The position numbers were made by a program, and so were the translations under genes. Shown piece by piece: positions 1-8,937 of a stretch of 59,076 nt of DNA; positions within the stretch are counted from its first letter, which is position 1; each line of letters begins with the position of its first letter. The stretch is taken from NCBI GenBank assembly GCA_009694295.1, contig SHVJ01000002.1, positions 1 to 59,076 of the forward strand, in the 5' to 3' direction. The notes under the pieces were generated by a model. That model made no database searches and was not told the origin of the DNA. It saw only the letters and a list, made by a program, of their open reading frames with translations. Source of the DNA: Acidimicrobiia bacterium (lineage in GTDB: Bacteria; Actinomycetota; Acidimicrobiia; IMCC26256; PALSA-555).

Positions 1-1099
1 CGCGGGTGTAGCCGTAACCGCCGAGGATCTGGATGGCTTCCTCGGTGACGTGCACCGCAACCTCGCCAGCCTTGAGCTTGCTCATCGAACCTTCGCCCGA
101 CTCGAACGGCTTCTTCACCGCAGCCATCCAGCAGGCCCGCCAGACGAGCAGCCGTGCTGCGTCGATCTCCATCTTCATGTCGGCGAGCTTGAACGCGATC
201 CCCTGGTTCTCGATGATCGGCCGGCCGAACGCCATGCGCTCCTTGGCGTAGTCGAGCGAGAACTCGTAGGCGGCGCGCGCGATGCCGAGAGCCTGCGCGC
301 CAACGAGCGGACGCGTCGCTTCGAACGTGCTCATGGCAGCCTGCGTCTTCGTCTTCTGGCCTTCCTTGGCTCGCGCGATGCGCAGGTCGAGCTTGTCCTT
401 GCCGCCGAGCAAGTTCAGGCCGGGGATGCGACAGTCGTCGAGGATCACCTCGGCGGTGTGGCTCGCCCGGATGCCGTGCTTCTTGAACTTCTGACCCTGG
501 CTGATGCCGGGCGTGTCCGGACCCACGACGAACGCAGCGTGACCACGACCCTTGAGCTCAGGCTCGACCGCAGCAACGATCACGTGCACGTCGGCGATGC
601 CCCCGTTGGTGATCCAGGTCTTGGTTCCGTTGAGCACCCACTCGTCCGACTTCTCGTCGTAGACGGCGCGGGTGCGCAGGTTCGACACGTCACTTCCGGC
701 GTCGGGTTCGCTCACGGCGAACGCGCCCAGCGCGATCTTCTCCGGCGTCCCGAAGCATTGCGGGAGCCACTCACCGATCTGTTGCGGCGTGCCACTGGCG
801 ACGATGCCGCTCACCGCGAGCGTGCTGCCGAGGATGGAGAGGGTGATCCCGGCGTCGCCCCACGCCAGCTCTTCACTGGCCAGAGCGAGCATGAGCCCGC
901 CGGGGTCGGCGGCGCATTGTGAGACGAAGTCGAGGGAGTAGAGGCCGATCTTGGCCGCTTCCTCGATGATTGGCCACGGGGTTTCTTCGCGCTCGTCCCA
1001 CTCCGCCGCGGCGGGTCGGACGACGTCTTCGGCGAAGTCGTGAACCCATTTCTGGACCTGAAGCTGGTCTTCGCTGAGATCGAGACTGAACTCCGCCAT
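1..1099 (-). CDS. acyl-CoA dehydrogenase (C-terminus cut by window edge)
   Basis: Absent from the ORF track because it runs off the window. Reverse translation from ATG (complement 1097-1099) gives MAEFSLDLSEDQLQVQKWVHDFAEDVVRPAAAEWDEREETPWPIIEEA ... WITNGGIADVHVI ... ILGGYGYTR, the typical ACAD domain order. Confidence 0.9.
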   Translation of the reverse strand, partial: MAEFSLDLSEDQLQVQKWVHDFAEDVVRPAAAEWDEREETPWPIIEEAAKIGLYSLDFVSQCAADPGGLMLALASEELAWGDAGITLSILGSTLAVSGIVASGTPQQIGEWLPQCFGTPEKIALGAFAVSEPDAGSDVSNLRTRAVYDEKSDEWVLNGTKTWITNGGIADVHVIVAAVEPELKGRGHAAFVVGPDTPGISQGQKFKKHGIRASHTAEVILDDCRIPGLNLLGGKDKLDLRIARAKEGQKTKTQAAMSTFEATRPLVGAQALGIARAAYEFSLDYAKERMAFGRPIIENQGIAFKLADMKMEIDAARLLVWRACWMAAVKKPFESGEGSMSKLKAGEVAVHVTEEAIQILGGYGYTR

Positions 1100-1137
1100 C
1101 GGTGCCTCCTCGGCGCCGGACGGGCCGGTCGCCTGTA

Positions 1138-1153
1138 TGTTACTGACGGGTAA
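1138..1153. promoter_or_regulatory. inverted repeat GTTAC-N6-GTAAC in an AT-richer patch about 40 bp upstream of the ACAD start (candidate operator)
   Basis: Seen directly: tgtatGTTACtgacggGTAACcaccctatac. On the gene strand TATAGGGT could serve as a -10 element. Confidence 0.25.
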
Positions 1154-1343
1154 CCACCCTATACCCCCGGCCGACACCAGGCACGCACCGCGCTCAGGCC
1201 CCAGCCTCAGGCTTCGGTGCTCTCCTCCGACAGCTCATCCAGGGGCCGGTCGCCCCGATCTCGTGCGCGACACGCGCCGAACCCGCACCCGCACCCGTCG
1301 CCGCGCCGCGTCGCCGGGAGTCGTAGGAGCGCTTGCGCTTCCC

Positions 1344-1967
1344 TTAGGTAGTTGGGGTGGTCGTGGTCGGTGGCGCCACGCCGGTGACCACGAGCTGCTT
1401 CTGCAGCTTCTGACCGTTCTGACCGTTCGCGGTGAGCACGTACGTGTGCTGCCCGGCCGGGCACGCGAACGGGAACTGCAGGTTGTCGGTGGGTCCGTAG
1501 CTCCCAAAAGGAGTCGGACCGTCGATGCTGATCGTGACGCCGGTGGTGTTGGTCGTTGCCCACACGAGGTTGATGTTCACGATGCCGCCAAGTTCGGGGC
1601 AGTTCACCGGCGATGGGTTGACCGTGAACTGCAAGACCGTCGGGCCTGCGCCTGTCGTCGTCGTGGTGCTCGATGATGTGGATGTCGACGTGGAAGTCGA
1701 CGTTGACGACGTAGATGTGGACGTCGACTCCTTCGTGTCGTCACCACCCCCGGCGGCCAGCGCGATCACGACACCGATGATCAACCCGAGCACGAGCACG
1801 CCGCCGCCGATGAACCACAGGCGACGAGGGTCGCTCTCTTCGCCGCCGTTGCCGTAGCCGCCACCTGGGCCACCCCCGCCCGGCGGAACCGGGCGGGGCG
1901 CGGAAGCGGTCGCGTCGGCGCCGTAGCCCTGCGTCGGGAGTGTTGCGTCGGGGTCCTGAATCGACAT
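1344..1967 (-). CDS. single-pass membrane protein with Gly/Pro-rich N-terminus, Ser/Thr-rich linker and extracytoplasmic domain (hypothetical)
   Basis: ORF 1344..2150, trimmed to the internal ATG (MSIQDPDA...). It has the TM helix WFIGGGVLVLGLIIGVVIALAAG followed by STSTSTSSTSTSTSTSTSSSTTTTT. The upstream part of the ORF is Arg-rich out-of-frame-like sequence. Confidence 0.6.
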   Translation of the reverse strand: MSIQDPDATLPTQGYGADATASAPRPVPPGGGGPGGGYGNGGEESDPRRLWFIGGGVLVLGLIIGVVIALAAGGGDDTKESTSTSTSSTSTSTSTSTSSSTTTTTGAGPTVLQFTVNPSPVNCPELGGIVNINLVWATTNTTGVTISIDGPTPFGSYGPTDNLQFPFACPAGQHTYVLTANGQNGQKLQKQLVVTGVAPPTTTTPTT

Positions 1968-2080
1968 GGGCCAGGACCGTAGCGGAACCACTTCTTGACC
2001 GGAGGCAGCATCCGCGGCCCGCGTATCCCGGGACGCAGCGGAGCGACCCATGGAGTCGACGTCATGCATACTGCCCGCAC

Positions 2081-2839
2081 ATGAGCGATCACGACGACGC
2101 CGCCCGCTACGCCGCCGAAGCCGGCGCGGTTCTCTTGAAACTCCGCGCACGAACGGAAGCCGAGGGAGGCCAACTTGGAGGCAGGCTCGGTGATGCCGGC
2201 GACATCGACGCCAACCGACGCCTGCTCGAGCTGCTCCATGCGGAACATCCCGACGACGGCGTGCTCTCGGAGGAGTCCGCCGACGATCCCCGGCGCCTCG
2301 ATGCCGACCGCGTCTGGATCGTCGATCCCCTCGACGGCACGCGCGAGTTCACCGAAGCTGGGCGCACCGACTGGGCAGTGCACGTGGCGCTCTGGGAGCG
2401 AGTTGGGCGTTTGGGGGGACCTGGATTGACCGCGGGCGCGGTCGCGCTTCCCGCACAAGGGTTGGTCCTCTCGACGGCCGAGCCGCCGGTTGTCCCCGAG
2501 AGTGGCGGGCGTCAGCTGCGCATCGTCGTGAGCCGGACGCGCCCACCTGCGGCGGCGCGCCGCGTCGCCGACGCACTCGACGCCGAGCTCGTCGCCATGG
2601 GCTCCGCCGGCGCGAAGACCATGGCAGTCGTCACCGGCGACGTCGACGCGTACGTACATTCAGGCGGCCAGTACGAATGGGACTCCGCAGCACCGACAGC
2701 CGTCGCAGCCGCGGCCGGTCTCCACGTGTCGCGGCTCGACGGATCACCGCTCGAGTACAACCGAGCCGACCCGTGGCTCCCCGATCTCGTGGTGTGCCGC
2801 GCCGAATTGGCAGACGCCATCCTGGCTGCCTGCGTGTAG
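2081..2839 (+). CDS. cysQ: 3'(2'),5'-bisphosphate nucleotidase / inositol monophosphatase family
   Basis: Begins MSDHDDAARYAAEAG. Motifs VLSEES and WIVDPLDGTREF, then DWAVHVALW and the C-terminal EWDSAAP, are typical of the IMPase/CysQ fold. Confidence 0.8.
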   Translation: MSDHDDAARYAAEAGAVLLKLRARTEAEGGQLGGRLGDAGDIDANRRLLELLHAEHPDDGVLSEESADDPRRLDADRVWIVDPLDGTREFTEAGRTDWAVHVALWERVGRLGGPGLTAGAVALPAQGLVLSTAEPPVVPESGGRQLRIVVSRTRPPAAARRVADALDAELVAMGSAGAKTMAVVTGDVDAYVHSGGQYEWDSAAPTAVAAAAGLHVSRLDGSPLEYNRADPWLPDLVVCRAELADAILAACV

Positions 2840-2867
2840 CGGTCGCTCACTGCCCGAGCTCCTGCGC

Positions 2868-3752
2868 TCACGACCGTATTTCGAACGCACCGTTCGCTCC
2901 CTGGCGAGCGTCTCCGGCACCGCGTGCTTCCTCCTCCTCCCACCACCAAGCGAGGCCGGCGAGATCGGGGCCGGTGTGGACGACCATCACCGGTCCGAAC
3001 TCACCGACGAATGCTGTCGTGGGGTGTTCGAGTGTCGAGACGCGCTGGAGGAGCTCGGCCGCAGCGTCGGGTGCCAGCGCGTGCAACGCCGCGACGTGGA
3101 GCCGTGCTCCCTCGGTCTGTGAGCGGTGTACGAGGGCGACGATCCGGTCGAGGGCAGCATCCGTGCTCAACGCAGGCCGAAGGCGTCGCACCTCGCCGGC
3201 ACGGAACTCAAACAGTGGTTTGATCCCGAGACGGCGGCCGGCCCATCCGGCAACACCGGGGACACGACCGCTACGCACGAGATGATCGAGCGTTCCGACC
3301 GAGGCGACCAGGCGGACCCGAGAAATCACGGCATGCACTCGGGCTTCCACTTCGTCGAGCGACGCGCCGCGCCGCGCCGCCTCGGCTGCGGCCAGCACGA
3401 CGAGCGCTTCGGCCCCGCCCGCGGCGCGAGTGTCGACGACCCGAACCGGTCCACCGACTGCTTCTGCCGCGACGACGGCTGCCTGATAGGTCGCGCTCAT
3501 CGACGACGCGATCGTGAGCACCACCACTCCCTGAGGAGATGAACGCTCCTTGATCGCACGCTCGAACTCCCCCGGCGTGGGCGCCGACGTCGTCACCTCG
3601 GGCTGCAACACAAGCTCGTCGAGCGGTCGCGCGCCCTCTGGCTCGGGCACGCCTTGGACCGTGAGCCACATCGGAACCACGGTGATGTTGCAGCGCGTGG
3701 CCAGATCTGTGGGAAGGGCCGCGGCACTGTCGGTGACGATCGCGACACTCAC
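2868..3752 (-). CDS. DegV family fatty-acid-binding protein
   Basis: VSVAIVTDSAAALP ... TSAPTPGEF ... VLTIASSMSATYQAA is the DegV signature layout. The GTG start overlaps the stop of the upstream MFS gene (GTGA). Confidence 0.85.
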   Translation of the reverse strand: MSVAIVTDSAAALPTDLATRCNITVVPMWLTVQGVPEPEGARPLDELVLQPEVTTSAPTPGEFERAIKERSSPQGVVVLTIASSMSATYQAAVVAAEAVGGPVRVVDTRAAGGAEALVVLAAAEAARRGASLDEVEARVHAVISRVRLVASVGTLDHLVRSGRVPGVAGWAGRRLGIKPLFEFRAGEVRRLRPALSTDAALDRIVALVHRSQTEGARLHVAALHALAPDAAAELLQRVSTLEHPTTAFVGEFGPVMVVHTGPDLAGLAWWWEEEEARGAGDARQGANGAFEIRS

Positions 3753-5008
3753 GATCGAACGTCGGATTCGACAGGGACTCGAACGAGCCTGGACACGAGC
3801 AGCACGAGTAGCCCCGACGTGAGCAGCACGACACGTGCCGGTTCGAGCACACCGACCACAGGCCAGTGCACGTCGCGCAGCCACCCTCCGTCGTGCAAGA
3901 GATCGCCGATGAGCCCCGCGACGATCGCCGCCACGCCGAGCCCCAGCCGGATCACTACGTGAAAGGCCGCGAACGCAAGCACGCGCTCGTTGCCGTCGAG
4001 GCGCGACTGGAGGGCACCCATGCCACACGCCAGTGTGAACGCCGCAGCTGCGCCGAACGCGAGCGCACCGATGTCGGCCAGGCCGACCGATGCGGCAAGG
4101 CTGAACGCCGTCACGATGACGCCGATCGCGGCCACGCCGATGCGGGTCTCGCGTAACGGGTCGAGTCCGCGCCGAAGGTGGAGCAGGCCAAGGCCACCAA
4201 CCGCGCCGACTCCGAACAGCGCGATCAGCACGCCAAACTCCACCTCGGACGCGTCCAGAACATCCTGGACGAACACGATGCCGAGCGAGAAGAGCGCGCC
4301 GAGCCCGAGTGCGACCGCCGCGGCCGCCGGCATGACTGCTCGCACCAACGGAAGCCGAAACGCGGCGCGGAAGCTCACGTCTTTATCCGGCACATGGCTG
4401 CCGCCCCCTGACGAGTTGGACCTGGACAGCATCGTGAGGCGCGCGATGAAAGCGAAAGAGATGAGGAAGGTCGCGGCGTCGATCCAGAACACGAGCGCGA
4501 GCGGACGGTCGAACACGTCAACGAACGGCAACGCCGCAACCGCGGCAAATGCGGCAGCGCCGAGTGGGATCGTGCCGTACGACGATCCGAGCACCAACCC
4601 GTTGGCGACCGGAAGGTCCTCGCGCTCGACCAGATCGGGGATGGACGCGTCGCGTGCCGGAAGGAAGACGAGGCTGGCCACTTCGAGCAGGATCGCACCC
4701 GCGTACACCCACCAGATCTCATGCACGAGGGGCACACCGGCCACGATTACGGCTCGCGCTGCGTCCATCGCCAGCATCGTCCGGCGTCGGTCCCATGTGC
4801 GCACTGCACGCGCCGCAAGTGGGCCGCCGAGCGCAGCGGGAAGCAGGCGCAAGGTGAGGATCCCGCCCACTGCGGTTGGCGAACCGGTCAGCTCGAGCGC
4901 GAGCGCCATGAACGCGATCGTGCCCATCCAGTCGCCGAGGCCCGAGACCGCCTGACCCGCGAGCAGATCGCGGAAGGCCCCGCGGCGAACGAGCGAGCCT
5001 GCACTCAC
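3749..5008 (-). CDS. MFS transporter
   Basis: About 12 predicted hydrophobic helices. The N-terminus FRDLLAGQAVSGLGDWMGTIAFMAL is typical of MFS. Start set to the GTG at 5006-5008, just downstream of the plsY stop. Confidence 0.8.
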   Translation of the reverse strand: MSAGSLVRRGAFRDLLAGQAVSGLGDWMGTIAFMALALELTGSPTAVGGILTLRLLPAALGGPLAARAVRTWDRRRTMLAMDAARAVIVAGVPLVHEIWWVYAGAILLEVASLVFLPARDASIPDLVEREDLPVANGLVLGSSYGTIPLGAAAFAAVAALPFVDVFDRPLALVFWIDAATFLISFAFIARLTMLSRSNSSGGGSHVPDKDVSFRAAFRLPLVRAVMPAAAAVALGLGALFSLGIVFVQDVLDASEVEFGVLIALFGVGAVGGLGLLHLRRGLDPLRETRIGVAAIGVIVTAFSLAASVGLADIGALAFGAAAAFTLACGMGALQSRLDGNERVLAFAAFHVVIRLGLGVAAIVAGLIGDLLHDGGWLRDVHWPVVGVLEPARVVLLTSGLLVLLVSRLVRVPVESDVRS

Positions 5009-5018
5009 GGAGTTGAGC

Positions 5019-5627
5019 TCACGGGGTTGGAGTGCTGGGATCGCGATCGAACAGGAGTCGACGCACGTATGGCGCAGCACCGGGTTCCGCTGGACGAGAG
5101 TTGGCGAACATGCGCTTCACCAACATCGGGACCGCCACCACGGCGCCGGCGACTGCGCCATGCGTACCGTTCGTGATCGCGAGCACGGGAACTAGTGCCA
5201 CCTCACCGAAAAAGCCGCCAAGCCCGGTCTCGCGTATCGCTTTTCCGAGCACGAGGCTGCCGAGGAGCAACGGCACACCCGGCCAGGCCGTGACCGCGAG
5301 GGCGCCGAGCGCGGGAGCGACACCGCGTCCGCCCAAGCCGCGGAGGAAGGGTGACCAGTTGTGCCCTACGACGGCGAGCCCGCCGGCGATGACCGCAAGC
5401 AGCCACCGATCGCCCGCGAGCAGCGGACCGAGCGCGCCCTTCGCCATGTCGAGGATCCCCGAGATCGCGAGCGGCCAGAACCCGGCGACGCGATAGATCG
5501 AGGTCCCCGACACCGTCCCGTACGGCGTGTCCCGAAGATCGATCCCCTTGACGCGCTGCGCGATGAGATTCGAAAACGGAATCGCGCCAGCGAAGAACGC
5601 GACCAGCAGCACCCCGCCCTCCGCCAC
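5019..5627 (-). CDS. plsY: glycerol-3-phosphate acyltransferase PlsY
   Basis: GAIPFSNLIA ... GTVSGTS ... DMAKGALGP ... VVGHNWSPFLRGLGGRGVA are PlsY motifs. GTG start. Confidence 0.9.
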   Translation of the reverse strand: MAEGGVLLVAFFAGAIPFSNLIAQRVKGIDLRDTPYGTVSGTSIYRVAGFWPLAISGILDMAKGALGPLLAGDRWLLAVIAGGLAVVGHNWSPFLRGLGGRGVAPALGALAVTAWPGVPLLLGSLVLGKAIRETGLGGFFGEVALVPVLAITNGTHGAVAGAVVAVPMLVKRMFANSRPAEPGAAPYVRRLLFDRDPSTPTP

Positions 5628-5665
5628 GGGCTCATTATGCCCGGGTCAGGCAGGCTTCTCTCCGT

Positions 5666-6208
5666 CTAACCGCCGAGGGGCGTGATGATGAGATTGAAGG
5701 CTTCGCCGAGGGTGGTCTGGCTGGCGATGACCGATTCGCTCACGACGGTGCGCGGCGCGGCAGGGCACGGCACGTTGACGGTGGATCCGGCCACCGCGGT
5801 CGAAGAGGAGCCGAGGACGGTGGTGTTGGCGTCGACGACCTCGAAGCTCGTGCACACACCGCGGATGACGCGCCGACCGGTGGCGTCGGACACGTAACAG
5901 ACGAGCCGCAGATACCCCGTTCCCGGTGTTGCGGTCTCGGGAACACCGATGGTTTCGCCACCGGTCCCGAGGCGTACGCCATCGGCGCCGAGGAACTCCG
6001 TGGCAAACGCACTCGACCCGCGACATTCCGTGTCGGCGATCGGGCTGCCGACCACCACGTAGCTGATCTCGCTTCCGGGCGGACCCGACGACGGGCTGAT
6101 GCTGCCGAAGCCGACGGTGTCGTCGGTCGTCCCCGCACTCGCGGGCACTGCAACCAACGCTGCAAGTGCGCCAGTCATCAGTACCAGCATCCGGATGCGA
6201 CGCGTCAC
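5666..6208 (-). CDS. secreted hypothetical protein
   Basis: A GTG start is preceded by GAGGAG. The signal peptide is VTRRIRMLVLMTGALAALVAVPASA. No recognisable domain. Confidence 0.6.
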   Translation of the reverse strand: MTRRIRMLVLMTGALAALVAVPASAGTTDDTVGFGSISPSSGPPGSEISYVVVGSPIADTECRGSSAFATEFLGADGVRLGTGGETIGVPETATPGTGYLRLVCYVSDATGRRVIRGVCTSFEVVDANTTVLGSSSTAVAGSTVNVPCPAAPRTVVSESVIASQTTLGEAFNLIITPLGG

Positions 6209-6272
6209 AGGGCACTCCTCGACATGGGAACGGATCCTCAGTCTGCCCAATCCGGAGCCTCGAATGGGGATC

Positions 6273-6328
6273 GGGATGAGGCGCCCGGGATGAGGCGCCC
6301 GGGATCAGGCAGCCGGGATCAGGCAGCC
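6273..6328. repeat. 4 x 14-bp tandem repeat (2 x GGGATGAGGCGCCC + 2 x GGGATCAGGCAGCC) overlapping the acyltransferase stop codon
   Basis: Read directly from the sequence. Confidence 0.9.
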
Positions 6329-8301
6329 GGCAATTGGGGCAGCAGCCATCCGAAGATGAGCTCCGCTGCGTCGGGTTTGAAGTGGACGCCGTCGTAGCGG
6401 AGCTCCACACCGTCGAGGGTGTTCGAGTACACCCCTCCGGGCGAGATGTGCGCGTTGAAGTCCACCAACGTGACTCCCGCGTCGGCGCGCTTCTTTACGT
6501 AGCGACGCAGCAGGGCGTTCCAATGATCGATCCGGGCCGGATCGTCCTCGTCCCAGATCGACGGCTGACCCACGGCTACCGGACGTTGGTTGTACGGCGC
6601 AGTGAGCAGCACGACCTTCCCGTCCTGCTCGCGGCCGTCCTGCTCGCGACTGCCCTTCTCGCGGAGGATGTCGATGCCACGATCGAGCTGGTCGAGCAGG
6701 TACCGATCCGACTCCTTGGTGCCGAACGCGAGGCTCACGCCGTCGACTTCGATGTCTTGCACCACGAACACGTCGAAGACCACCACCGACACCACGGGGG
6801 CCGTCTCCGCGATGTAGCCCTGCCACTGCGTGGGCCAGTCGTCGCAAGTGGGTTCGGTCGGCGCGGTACGCCCGCCGTGTTCCATGGTGGCGCGCTGAGC
6901 AAGTCCACACGCGAGCTGTCCGCGGTTGAACAGCTCGACTCCCGCGGCATGCGATCCGCGATCGAAGCCATCGCCGAGCGTCTTGGCCACCGAGTCGCCC
7001 ACTACGAGCACACGCGCCGGCACCGGAACCGGCGTGCCGGGAAGCGTCGTCGACGTGGGGATCGCGACCGCGACCTCCTCCGGTTTGCTCCGGAGCACCG
7101 GGACGAGCAGGAAGACCATGGCGAGGATCACGGCGGTCGCGGGCACGACGACCAGTGCACGCCGCGTGATCACCGGCCACGCGCCTCGTCGTACCGGGAG
7201 CTCGATGAGAAAGTAGGACGCGACCGCGAAGCCGCCACTGACCACGAGGCGCAACAACAGGAGACCGGTACCGCTCAAGCCGATGCGGTCTTCCGTCAGC
7301 GTGAGGTACACCGGCCAGTGCCAGAGGTACAGCCCGTACGAGACGAGCCCGACGGCGCGTAATGGCAGCGGCGAGAGCACGGCGCGCACAAGGTTGCGAT
7401 TTGGTTGCACGGCCGCGGCGATCACCAGCGCGCACGCGATCGCTGTGAGGAGATAGCCGCCGCGGTACATCCACTCTGCACTGTCCTTCGTGGTCACGAG
7501 CATCACCACCAGGACCGCGAGACCCACGAGTCCGACGCGCACCGCGACCGCCGGTCGGGGCGGCCCGCCGCGACGCGTGCGCAGTCTCAGCAACAACGCG
7601 GCGAGCGCGGCCCCGGTGAGCAACGCTTGGGCTCGGGTGTCGGTCCCGTAGTACACACGCGACGGATCGGCGCTCGGCGTGAACAGCACTGCCATGAGCG
7701 CGGCGGAGGCAAGCGCGCCGCCCACGAAGATGCGCGTGAGGAAGCGCAGCTTCGGACGCCATCGCAGGAGCCCGAGCATGATGAACGGCCACAGCAGGTA
7801 GAACTGCTCTTCGATCGCGAGCGACCACATGTGTCGCAACGGCGACGGTGCGCCGAACTGCTCGAAATAGCTCTGGTGCGAGAAGATGAAGCGCCAGTTC
7901 GTGACATAGAAGATCGACGCAAGTCCGTCGTTGCGAATGCTGTTCGTCTGGGTCGCCGCCGCGAACGCGAGCGCGTATACGACGATCCCCACCAGTACGA
8001 GCGCGAGCGCAGGGAGCAGGCGCCGGGCCCGACGCGACCAGAAGCCACGCAAGCTGATGGCGCCTTTCCGACCCCACTCCACGAGCAACAACGTGGTGAT
8101 GAGGTACCCGCTGAGCACGAAGAAGAGGTCGACGCCGAGGAACCCCCCGCGCATCCACGTTGCCCCACCGTGGTACAGGAGCACGGCGATGACGCCCACG
8201 CCCCGCAATCCGTCAAGCGCTGGCTGGTGCGGGATCGACGACGCGCCAGCAGCGGCGTCGCGGGCTTCAGTGGGTCGGTTACGGGAGTCCATCGGGCGCA
8301 T
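6319..8301 (-). CDS. acyltransferase family 3 (OafA-like) with C-terminal SGNH hydrolase-like domain
   Basis: ALDGLRGVGVIAVLLYHGG ... GVDLFFVLSGYLIT, followed by about 10 TM helices and a C-terminal VLVVGDSVAKTLG (GDS motif). Start taken at an internal ATG (MRPMDSRN), with an alternative at 8292. Confidence 0.85.
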   Translation of the reverse strand: MRPMDSRNRPTEARDAAAGASSIPHQPALDGLRGVGVIAVLLYHGGATWMRGGFLGVDLFFVLSGYLITTLLLVEWGRKGAISLRGFWSRRARRLLPALALVLVGIVVYALAFAAATQTNSIRNDGLASIFYVTNWRFIFSHQSYFEQFGAPSPLRHMWSLAIEEQFYLLWPFIMLGLLRWRPKLRFLTRIFVGGALASAALMAVLFTPSADPSRVYYGTDTRAQALLTGAALAALLLRLRTRRGGPPRPAVAVRVGLVGLAVLVVMLVTTKDSAEWMYRGGYLLTAIACALVIAAAVQPNRNLVRAVLSPLPLRAVGLVSYGLYLWHWPVYLTLTEDRIGLSGTGLLLLRLVVSGGFAVASYFLIELPVRRGAWPVITRRALVVVPATAVILAMVFLLVPVLRSKPEEVAVAIPTSTTLPGTPVPVPARVLVVGDSVAKTLGDGFDRGSHAAGVELFNRGQLACGLAQRATMEHGGRTAPTEPTCDDWPTQWQGYIAETAPVVSVVVFDVFVVQDIEVDGVSLAFGTKESDRYLLDQLDRGIDILREKGSREQDGREQDGKVVLLTAPYNQRPVAVGQPSIWDEDDPARIDHWNALLRRYVKKRADAGVTLVDFNAHISPGGVYSNTLDGVELRYDGVHFKPDAAELIFGWLLPQLPAA

Positions 8302-8366
8302 CAGTCTCGGGATGCAGTCTGACGCCCGCTTCCTGTCGGTGCGGGTCACGCGGGTACGTTGGCCCG

Positions 8367-8933
8367 ATGCGTCCCCCTTGCCGAGCTCTTGCTGTGGTGC
8401 TTGCCGTCGGCGTGGCGCTCGCCACCATGACCATCGGCGCCAGCGCGAGCGCACCCACCAAGGCCAAGCCCGCCGCGTGGGCCGCAACCGTGTGCGGGAG
8501 CTTGGGCACCTGGCTCGACAAGCTCGACGCCGCCGCCGCGCAGGCCACCGCGACCCCGCCGACTACGCCGGCCGAGGGCAAGAAGGCGCTCACGAAGCTC
8601 GTCGCCAGCTCGCTCGGCGCCACGAAGAAGCTCGTCGCCTCGCTCAAGAAGGCCGGACCGCCGGCCGTCAAGGGTGGCGGTGACGTCTCGTCGATCGTGA
8701 TCGATCAGTTCAACCAAGTGGCTCGCACGTTCGCCGCGGCAAAGAAGAATCTGAAGTCGGTGTCGAGCAGCGATGGGCCCGCGTTCGTCGCGGCGTCACG
8801 CATCGCCGAAGACGAGCTCGAATCAGGTCTTGAGCACGTGCAGGCTGCGTTCAACGCCGCGAGCGTGCTCGACGTCGCACCGCTCGTCTCCGCGTTCAAC
8901 GCGGAAGCGGCCTGCGCAACCCTTACTGCTTAA
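8367..8933 (+). CDS. secreted Ala/Lys-rich hypothetical protein
   Basis: The signal peptide is MRPPCRALAVVLAVGVALATMTIGASASA. No recognised domain. Confidence 0.6.
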   Translation: MRPPCRALAVVLAVGVALATMTIGASASAPTKAKPAAWAATVCGSLGTWLDKLDAAAAQATATPPTTPAEGKKALTKLVASSLGATKKLVASLKKAGPPAVKGGGDVSSIVIDQFNQVARTFAAAKKNLKSVSSSDGPAFVAASRIAEDELESGLEHVQAAFNAASVLDVAPLVSAFNAEAACATLTA

Positions 8934-8937
8934 CCCC

